52,943 bases of DNA from Fidelibacterota bacterium. Its GTDB lineage: Bacteria; Fidelibacterota; SORT01. The notes beneath the pieces were generated by a model that was not told the origin of the DNA, ran no database searches, and saw nothing but the letters and a program-made list of their open reading frames with translations. Shown here piece after piece: positions 46,301 to 52,943 of this stretch. The position numbers were made by a program, and so were the translations under genes. The stretch covers positions 1-52,943 of the forward strand of contig JADFGO010000002.1 in assembly GCA_022567655.1 (NCBI GenBank), in the 5' to 3' direction. Every line of letters starts with the position of its first letter. Position 1 is the first letter of the stretch.

Positions 46301-46885
46301 ATGGAAGTTCTCCACTCGATCGATCTCGCATTTTTCCGGTTCATAAACGGCGGCCTCTCCAATCCGGTATTTGATGTCGTAATGCCGATAATAACCGAAC
46401 AGAATTATTGGGGAATACCATTGATGATTATCGGTTTAGCCGGATTGATCTTCGGAGACAAAAGAACAAAATTCATCATACTCGGAGGGGTGTTAGCGGT
46501 AGTAATCGGCGACGTGATTTCCACCAGATTTCTAAAACCTGTGGTCGGGCAGTTGAGACCATGCAAGGTATTAGAAGATATCAACTTACTTGTCGGCTGC
46601 GGGGGAAGATATTCCTTTCCCTCGGGACACGCCATGGGTACTATGGCGATGGCGATATGGTTCGGACACTTTTATAAAAAATGGAAGCTGTATTTTATCA
46701 TATTTGCTGTGACCGTAAGTATTTCAAGAATTTATGTCGGTAAGCACTGGCCATCTGATGTTATCGGCGGAATGCTATTCGGGTTCGGCATAGCCTTTCT
46801 TTTTCTGAAGCTCTGGGAGAGATATGTCGCAAACAGGCTCCCGGCTGACAATCAGACCGACTCCAATTCGGAAGAAACCGCTTGA
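46301..46885 (+). CDS. PAP2-family lipid phosphatase
   Basis: KPVVGQLRP, FPSGHA and SRIYVGKHWPSDV (three PAP2 motifs). Confidence 0.88.
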   Translation: MEVLHSIDLAFFRFINGGLSNPVFDVVMPIITEQNYWGIPLMIIGLAGLIFGDKRTKFIILGGVLAVVIGDVISTRFLKPVVGQLRPCKVLEDINLLVGCGGRYSFPSGHAMGTMAMAIWFGHFYKKWKLYFIIFAVTVSISRIYVGKHWPSDVIGGMLFGFGIAFLFLKLWERYVANRLPADNQTDSNSEETA

Positions 46886-47015
46886 GTGTGAGGGGTTAAT
46901 TCGTTAATAAACATAGCTATATTTTACTTGTCATTATTTAAATCGGTTATTATATTCCACTCGGTTGAAATGCCGTCCTTTAATATAATTGTAAAATGAG
47001 ATAGGGGAGAGTGCA

Positions 47016-47192
47016 ATGATAAGAAATAACCCTATGGCATTCGGGATACTGCTTGGGCTTGGAGGAGTATTTGTTCTCTATACATGGTGGGGCGACAGGT
47101 CCGGGTTCGGAATTTTCGGTTTTGTGATAGGATTGTTCTCGTTAGGGGTTGGATTGTGGAATATAGTAGAAGCCGGAAAAAAGAAGACTTAA
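47016..47192 (+). CDS. Unannotated 58-aa two-TM membrane protein
   Basis: ATG preceded by GGGGAGAgtgca. The product is MIRNNPMAFGILLGLGGVFVLYTWWGDRSGFGIFGFVIGLFSLGVGLWNIVEAGKKKT, below the 60-aa cutoff of the ORF track. A hairpin plus T-run follows. Confidence 0.55.
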   Translation: MIRNNPMAFGILLGLGGVFVLYTWWGDRSGFGIFGFVIGLFSLGVGLWNIVEAGKKKT

Positions 47193-47240
47193 CGGAATAA
47201 CGAGGGCAGGATAGCCGAAGCCGGCTATGAATTCTTATTT

Positions 47241-47270
47241 ACCGCAGTGATTTATTCAGTGCGGTTTTTT
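47241..47270 (+). terminator. Terminator hairpin between convergent genes
   Basis: ACCGCAGTG-atttatt-CAGTGCGGT (one mismatch) followed by TTTTTT. Confidence 0.6.
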
Positions 47271-47274
47271 CATA

Positions 47275-48279
47275 TCAAGAAGAAATAAGTTTGATTAAAT
47301 CAACCGCACGGTTGCAATAACCCGCTTCGTTATCGAACCACCCAACAATCTTGACAAAATCTGGTTTCAGGACTTTTGTGAGGTTCGCGTCGTAAATGGC
47401 GGAATGAGTATCTCCGACAATATCCGCCGAGACGAGTGGAGATTCTTCATATTTTAATACACCTTTCATATATCCATTTGCGGCTTCTTTCATCACGGTT
47501 TGTATTTCTTCGAGAGTGACGTCCGTCGCAAGATCGAGGGACAGATCGACTATGGAACCGGCGGGGACGGGAACGCGGTAGGCGATGCCGTCAAGTTTTC
47601 CCTTGAGGCGCGGGATGATCAGTTCAACCATCTGTACCGCCCATGTTGTGGTGGGGATTATCGATAGAGCGGCTGACCTGGCTCTGCGCATGTCCTCGTG
47701 CGGGTAATCGAGGAGGCTCTGGTCGAGAGTATATGCGTGAACTGTAGTGATAAATCCTTCTTTTATCGTGAAACTGTCCTCCATTACTTTACAGAGGACA
47801 GCTGCGGAGTTGGTAGTACCGGAGGCGTTGAGGATTATCTTTTCATCACCTGTCAAAATGTCGTGATTGACCCCGAAAACAACGGTAGCATCCACGGGTT
47901 CTTTACCGGGTGTTGTGAGAAGAACCTTTTTAGCTCCTGATTCTAAATGAAAGTTCAAAAAGTCTTTATCTCTCGCGATTCCTGTTGATTCCACCACAAC
48001 GTCAACTCCGAGATCGCCCCATGGAAGATTCCCCTCCTCTTCCCTGAATGAATAGATAGGTATCTTAATTCCGTCAACGATAATGTTATCATTATCGTAA
48101 GAAATTTCACCCCCGTAAATCCCGTGTATCGAGTCGTATTTCAATACTGTGGAGAGGCTAAAAGAGTCAGCCCGGTCATTTATTGCCACAAAATCGAAGT
48201 CGGCATTTCTGAGTTTTGCCGCCCTGAAAAGGGTTCGCCCTATTCTCCCGAATCCGTTAATTGCTACTTTGATCGCCAA
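47275..48279 (-). CDS. GAPDH-family protein lacking the catalytic cysteine (SGTTNS instead of SCTTNC)
   Basis: 334 aa, colinear with type I GAPDH (INGFGRIGR, TTVHA, YRVPVP, WFDNEAGY). The nucleophile Cys codon is GGT (47818-47820) and the second Cys codon is TCC (47806-47808). Confidence 0.85.
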   Translation of the reverse strand: MAIKVAINGFGRIGRTLFRAAKLRNADFDFVAINDRADSFSLSTVLKYDSIHGIYGGEISYDNDNIIVDGIKIPIYSFREEEGNLPWGDLGVDVVVESTGIARDKDFLNFHLESGAKKVLLTTPGKEPVDATVVFGVNHDILTGDEKIILNASGTTNSAAVLCKVMEDSFTIKEGFITTVHAYTLDQSLLDYPHEDMRRARSAALSIIPTTTWAVQMVELIIPRLKGKLDGIAYRVPVPAGSIVDLSLDLATDVTLEEIQTVMKEAANGYMKGVLKYEESPLVSADIVGDTHSAIYDANLTKVLKPDFVKIVGWFDNEAGYCNRAVDLIKLISS

Positions 48280-48340
48280 TCATTACTCACTGATATGTTA
48301 ACTTACTTTCTTATGCAGCCGCTCTGCTGCTCTCCAAGAG

Positions 48341-48664
48341 TTATGCTTCAGCCATAGGTTCGGAACTTGATGGCGGTGGGAATTCAGATTCTCCGCCTTC
48401 CGGCTTCCGTATTTCGATCTCCCCGTACTGTTTTTCATACCGCCTGATATTTTCCTGTAACGCGGATAGAAAGGCTTTTGCGTGCATGGGCACTATTATC
48501 ACCCTTGATTTGACTTTGGCTTTCGGCGCTCCGGGCACCACTCTTAAAAAATCGAAGACAAACTCTGCCGGAGAATGGGTTATCAGTGCGAGATTTGAAT
48601 ACTCGCCGTCCGCTATATCCTGAGGAAGCTCAATAGCCAGCTGCCTCTTATTTTCCTTTTTCAT
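48341..48664 (-). CDS. DUF3467-like small protein
   Basis: 107 aa with YSNLALITHSPAEFVFDF, as in DUF3467. The family assignment is from memory only. Confidence 0.55.
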   Translation of the reverse strand: MKKENKRQLAIELPQDIADGEYSNLALITHSPAEFVFDFLRVVPGAPKAKVKSRVIIVPMHAKAFLSALQENIRRYEKQYGEIEIRKPEGGESEFPPPSSSEPMAEA

Positions 48665-48802
48665 ATCTTCCTCAGTTTTTTATTACCTGTCGAGTACTCT
48701 TTCAAAGGGAGTGTAACTTATCATATTGCATGAAGATTATCAAGACAAAATGGAATCGTGCTGAATGACTACCGTACAGGTCCAGGTAGGAGTCCAAGGA
48801 GG

Positions 48803-49654
48803 TTAATCCATGGGTGGGAGGATCGTGTTATCTATAAGCCTGGTTGCACTGAAAGAGACGGCTATGGCGACCAATGCTCCGCTTGTAGTGGATTCAACCG
48901 GTTGTAATGTAACTTCATCTATAACAGCAACGTAATCTATCTTAGCGAGCGTGGCGGAGGAGATAATTTCTTCTATCAAAGATATTATCCCGGATGATTC
49001 ATGCTTGCCGTCTGTGTGCAGAGACTCAGCCCTCGTGAGCGCTTTATAAATCAGGGGCGCCTGTTCTCGTTCTTCCCGGGTGAGGAAGGTATTACGTGAG
49101 CTAAGAGCGAGCCCGTCCGATTCCCGTATAGTGGGGCAGACGATAATCCCGACGTTCAGGTTCAGATCCGTCACCATCTTTTTGATTATAACAGCCTGCT
49201 GAGCGTCTTTCTGTCCAAAGAAAGCAATCTGCGGATTGATAATGTTAAAAAGTTTATTGACAATTGTCGTAACGCCTTTGAAATGGGAAGGTCTCGACGC
49301 TCCTTCCAATATATCACTCAAACCCTCAACTACACTGAAAGTGCTGTAGCCGTCCGGATAAATCTCTTCTTCCGATGGATAGAAAATCACGTCAACCCCG
49401 TTATCACGGGCTGACTCTTCGTCCGTCCGGAAATCTCTCGGATATTCGTTAAAGTCTTCGGAAGGTGTAAATTGAACGGGGTTCACGAAGATGCTTAATA
49501 TGGTTTGATCGGTCGTTTCAGTGGATTTTTTCACCAGGCTCAGGTGACCGTCATGGAGAGCGCCCATCGTCGGAACGAAACCAATCTTGATGTTTTTACT
49601 CCTTAGCGAATCGGAGTACGCCTGCATCTCAGCGACGGATTTTATGATCCTCAT
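48803..49654 (-). CDS. panC: Pantoate--beta-alanine ligase
   Basis: GFVPTMGALHDGHLSL and FGQKDAQQ. Confidence 0.95.
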   Translation of the reverse strand: MRIIKSVAEMQAYSDSLRSKNIKIGFVPTMGALHDGHLSLVKKSTETTDQTILSIFVNPVQFTPSEDFNEYPRDFRTDEESARDNGVDVIFYPSEEEIYPDGYSTFSVVEGLSDILEGASRPSHFKGVTTIVNKLFNIINPQIAFFGQKDAQQAVIIKKMVTDLNLNVGIIVCPTIRESDGLALSSRNTFLTREEREQAPLIYKALTRAESLHTDGKHESSGIISLIEEIISSATLAKIDYVAVIDEVTLQPVESTTSGALVAIAVSFSATRLIDNTILPPMD

Positions 49655-50460
49655 TCGTAGGATTCATCGGGGCTTGGATAGCTTCCGTTTTTTACGTCTC
49701 CGGAGAATTTTTTAACGGCATCGAAGATAGCTTCCCCGACTTCCGCGTATCGGCGCACAAACGTGGGTTCAAATCCGTTGAACGCTCCGATGAGGTCATG
49801 GATGACGAGTATCTGTCCGTCGCATTCGGAGCCCGCGCCAATTCCGATAGTGGGAATGTCTAAGGAAGCGGTGACGTCCGCGGCAGTTTTTGACTTGACC
49901 GCCTCGAGAACGATACCGAAAACTCCCGCATCCTGAAGTGCGACAGCGTCTTCGAGGAGATCGTCATGCGATTTCTCGGTTTTACCCTTGACCCTGTACC
50001 CCCCGAATTCATTAACGGATTGGGGTGTCATGCCTATATGACCGAGGACGGGTATCCCGACTTCGACGAGAGCGCGTGCGGTTTCGGCAGACCTGACGCC
50101 TCCTTCAATTTTTACTCCCTCGGCTCTGCCTTCCTGCATGAAGCGGGTGGCGTTTTTTATAGCGGTGGAGATGTCCGGTTGATAGGAACCGAACGGCATA
50201 TCGGCAATCAGCATCGCTTTCAGCTTTGCGCGTGATACCCATTTCGTCATAAAAACCATCTCGTCCATCGAAATAGGGAGCGTTGTGTCGAGTCCCGCGA
50301 TCACCATCCCCGCAGAGTCTCCAACTAAAATCAGGTCAACTCCCGCATCATCGAGGAGCCGGGCAGTCGAGAAATCGTAAGCGGTAAGGCAAACTATCTT
50401 CTCACCCTTTTTCTTCATACGCGCGAGCGTACTTACGGTAATTTTTTTTCTTTCAGGCAT
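49651..50460 (-). CDS. panB: 3-methyl-2-oxobutanoate hydroxymethyltransferase
   Basis: LTAYD, LVGDS and GHIGMTPQS. It overlaps panC by 4 nt. Confidence 0.95.
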   Translation of the reverse strand: MPERKKITVSTLARMKKKGEKIVCLTAYDFSTARLLDDAGVDLILVGDSAGMVIAGLDTTLPISMDEMVFMTKWVSRAKLKAMLIADMPFGSYQPDISTAIKNATRFMQEGRAEGVKIEGGVRSAETARALVEVGIPVLGHIGMTPQSVNEFGGYRVKGKTEKSHDDLLEDAVALQDAGVFGIVLEAVKSKTAADVTASLDIPTIGIGAGSECDGQILVIHDLIGAFNGFEPTFVRRYAEVGEAIFDAVKKFSGDVKNGSYPSPDESYE

Positions 50461-50463
50461 TAA

Positions 50464-51561
50464 TCAGAATACTTCCTCTATTATTCCTCCGCCCAACAGC
50501 CTGTCGGAATCGTAGAATACCGCCGATTGTCCCGGTGCGACCGCTTCAGCAGGATGCGTAAAAGTTACATTCCAGCTACGGGCGGAATTTCTCTGTAACA
50601 ACGCCTCTTCACCAATATGATGGTGCCTTATTTTTACCGTAGCTCGAAATGATTTTTCACTCTCGTAGCCGGGCATCATGTTAACGTCTTTTAAACTGAA
50701 TTCGGTCGACATCAAATCTTCCTTTTTGCCAATTGTCAACGTGTTGCTTACCGGGTCTATCCCGATTACATAAGCGGGCTCGCCGAGTGTCACACCGAGA
50801 CCTTTTCTTTGCCCGATAGTATAGTTTACATAGCCGCTGTGAATCCCCAACACCTCGCCATCTGAGTCGAGAATCTCACCTTCGGGGACCATTTCCTCCA
50901 AACCGTCCACGTTTTCCCTTATATATCTACGGTAATCGTTATCGGGAATAAAGCAAATCTCGAACGACTCGGGAGTTTTTGAAGTACGGAGTCCCGCTTC
51001 TTCGGCTTTCTGCCGGACGGCGTCTTTTCTGAGTTCACCAAGCGGAAAGAGCGTTCTCTTGAGATCTTCCTGTTTTAACCCCCAAAGAACATAGGACTGG
51101 TCTTTATCCGGATCGATCCCCGTTAACAGCTCCACACTCCCGTTCCGGGAGTTTCTGTTAATCCGGGCGTAGTGTCCGGTAGCCACATATCGGGCATCAA
51201 AGACGTCGGCTTTTTCGAGTAGAGTGTCCCACCGGATAAGGTAATTGCAGCGAACGCAAGGGTTAGGAGTATTTCCGGCAAGATATTCCGACTTGAAATT
51301 TTCGATCACCTTTTCTTTGAATGAATCCGAAACATCGAAAACGTAATGAGGAATTCCCAGCTGGGTTGAGACCATGCGCGCGTTCTCGATGGAACCGAGC
51401 GAGCAGCAGGAGCTCTCCGCGTTCAGGTTTCCTCCGGCGCTTTCAAACTCCCAGTTCTTCATTGTAATGCCTATAACGTCATAACCCTGTTCGAGAAGAA
51501 GAAGCGCAGCGACGGAGCTGTCGACGCCCCCGCTCATAGCCATGATTACCTTTTCATTCAT
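50464..51561 (-). CDS. mnmA: tRNA 2-thiouridine(34) synthase
   Basis: AMSGGVDSSVAA, NPCVRCN and ESFEICF. Confidence 0.95.
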   Translation of the reverse strand: MNEKVIMAMSGGVDSSVAALLLLEQGYDVIGITMKNWEFESAGGNLNAESSCCSLGSIENARMVSTQLGIPHYVFDVSDSFKEKVIENFKSEYLAGNTPNPCVRCNYLIRWDTLLEKADVFDARYVATGHYARINRNSRNGSVELLTGIDPDKDQSYVLWGLKQEDLKRTLFPLGELRKDAVRQKAEEAGLRTSKTPESFEICFIPDNDYRRYIRENVDGLEEMVPEGEILDSDGEVLGIHSGYVNYTIGQRKGLGVTLGEPAYVIGIDPVSNTLTIGKKEDLMSTEFSLKDVNMMPGYESEKSFRATVKIRHHHIGEEALLQRNSARSWNVTFTHPAEAVAPGQSAVFYDSDRLLGGGIIEEVF

Positions 51562-52730
51562 AGCGCTGCCGTTTGCAATTCTTTTTTTCTGAGTCTTTCG
51601 ACCTGTTTTATGACGGCATTAACCGCTGTTCCGATCTCATCTTCGTTGTTGTCTCTTCCAAAAGAGAGTCTCAACGTACCGAGCGCTTCTGATTCGCTGA
51701 GCCCGATTGCCTTTAGAACAGGGGACATTTTTATCGCTCCTGAGGAGCAGGCAGCGCCGGCGGAAGCCGAAATGCCGTTGGTGTCGAGATTCATAAGCAG
51801 CGCTTCTCCGTCTACACCTTCAAACCTGAGCGAAAGATGTCCGGGTATTCGTCTTGTGGGATGCCCGTTCAGATCGACATCTCCCACTGCCTCTTTCAGC
51901 TCTTCGTAAAATATTTTTGCAAGCCGCTTAAGCTTTATGCTGTCTTCCTCTAATCTTGATGCCCTGAGTTCCGCAGCTCTTCCGAATCCCACGATACCGG
52001 GAACGTTTTCTGTTCCGCCCCTTCTGTTCCGCTCCTGATGTCCCCCGAACATTATCTGCTCGATTTCCACGCCCGCCCGAATATAAAGCGCACCGACGCC
52101 TTTAGGTCCGTAAATTTTGTGTGAGGAAACGCTTGCAAGGTCGACGTCTAACTGTGTTACGTCCATAGGCACCTTGCCGTATGACTGAACGATGTCGGTA
52201 TGAATCAGCACGCCGGCTTCGTGAGCGACCTCAGCGTATTTGTGAACGAGATTTATTGTACCGATCTCGTTATTCGAATGCATCAAAGAGACGAGGATAG
52301 TTTCCGGTCTGATTTCAGCTTCCAAGTCATGCGGGTGAATGCTGCCCTGCCTGTCAACGGGGACGTAAGTGATTTCGAATCCTTCTTTTTCGAGTTCCTT
52401 ACACGAGTCAATAACCGCCGGATGCTCAGTCTCAGCGGTGACGATGTGATTCCCCTTCTTCTTCAGAGCGTGAGCTACACCCCGCAGAGCCCAATTGTCC
52501 GCTTCCGTCCCGCCGCTGGTAAAATGGATTTCATCGGTTGAAGCGTTCATGAGTCCCGCAACTTTCTCGCGGGCTTCTTCTATCATGAACTTAGCGCCTC
52601 TGCCGTTTGCGTGAATACTCGACGGATTGCCCCAGTTCTCACCCATAGCGCTGTTCATCGCTTCGATGACCTCGGGGTCAACCGGTGTCGTCGCGCTGTG
52701 GTCGAGATATATTCGTTTATTCAGTTTCAA
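51558..52730 (-). CDS. iscS: Class I cysteine desulfurase (IscS/NifS family)
   Basis: 390 aa with the PLP-lysine SSHKIYGPKG and the active-site loop SAGAACSSG. It overlaps mnmA by 4 nt. Confidence 0.9.
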   Translation of the reverse strand: MKLNKRIYLDHSATTPVDPEVIEAMNSAMGENWGNPSSIHANGRGAKFMIEEAREKVAGLMNASTDEIHFTSGGTEADNWALRGVAHALKKKGNHIVTAETEHPAVIDSCKELEKEGFEITYVPVDRQGSIHPHDLEAEIRPETILVSLMHSNNEIGTINLVHKYAEVAHEAGVLIHTDIVQSYGKVPMDVTQLDVDLASVSSHKIYGPKGVGALYIRAGVEIEQIMFGGHQERNRRGGTENVPGIVGFGRAAELRASRLEEDSIKLKRLAKIFYEELKEAVGDVDLNGHPTRRIPGHLSLRFEGVDGEALLMNLDTNGISASAGAACSSGAIKMSPVLKAIGLSESEALGTLRLSFGRDNNEDEIGTAVNAVIKQVERLRKKELQTAAL

Positions 52731-52874
52731 CGTTATGTCCTACAAATTAAATCTTTTCTTAGCGTAGTAATTTATCACTTCAGCGGTTTATATGCAAGAA
52801 GGGCGAATTTAATGCGGCAAGCTCAGGCAGATATTCACCACCCGCCGCCTGCACTATTGTTGAAATATGAGATT

Positions 52875-52943
52875 CTTCGTCCGGCTCAGCCGGACTCAGA
52901 ATGACAGCGAGTGCGGGTCATCCGTCAGCGGGTCAAAGGCCCT
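52875..52943. repeat. Intergenic hairpin-unit cluster 8 (runs off the window)
   Basis: GTCCGGCTCAGCCGGAC (52878-52894) is followed by CTCAGAATGACAGC and GTGCGGGTCATCC. This is the same order as at 22221-22266 in cluster 4. Confidence 0.75.

Overview
This is a 53-kb chromosomal window from a Gram-negative bacterium. Everything below was read by eye, with no database searches. Gene content suggests the FCB superphylum: an LpxC-FabZ fusion, two proteins with T9SS-type C-terminal sorting domains, and a TonB receptor with a CarboxypepD_reg-like N-domain. The promoters, however, look like classical sigma70 TTGACA-17-TATAAT. There are about 50 protein genes, mostly housekeeping: ppdK, mdh, rplU-rpmA, RNase G, uppS-bamA-skp-skp-lpxD-lpxC/fabZ-lpxA, dxr, rseP, panBC, mnmA, a cysteine desulfurase and an Rrf2/ApbC/DUF59 Fe-S operon. 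I saw no rRNA, tRNA, CRISPR array, transposase, integrase or phage genes. The observations most worth follow-up are these. (1) Almost every long intergenic spacer (8 clusters, ~2.3 kb) is filled with mosaic arrays of short hairpin units carrying GTAG/GTGG/GTGC heads (REP/BIME/REPIN-like). They show base-pair covariation and arm-symmetric indels. Two direct ~230-250-bp composite copies bracket a merT-like gene, and a 46-bp direct duplication of a divergent promoter region flanks one array. (2) A thioredoxin-fold gene is interrupted by a single in-frame TGA exactly at a U-x-x-C redox motif, with a SECIS-like hairpin just downstream, so it is a candidate selenoprotein. (3) A canonical TPP riboswitch controls a TonB receptor / thiamine pyrophosphokinase / SSF-transporter operon. 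(4) An otherwise well-conserved GAPDH homolog has both active-site cysteines replaced (SCTTNC -> SGTTNS). (5) A Nudix gene has a zinc-ribbon and Nudix-fold N-terminus but no ATG/GTG/TTG start.
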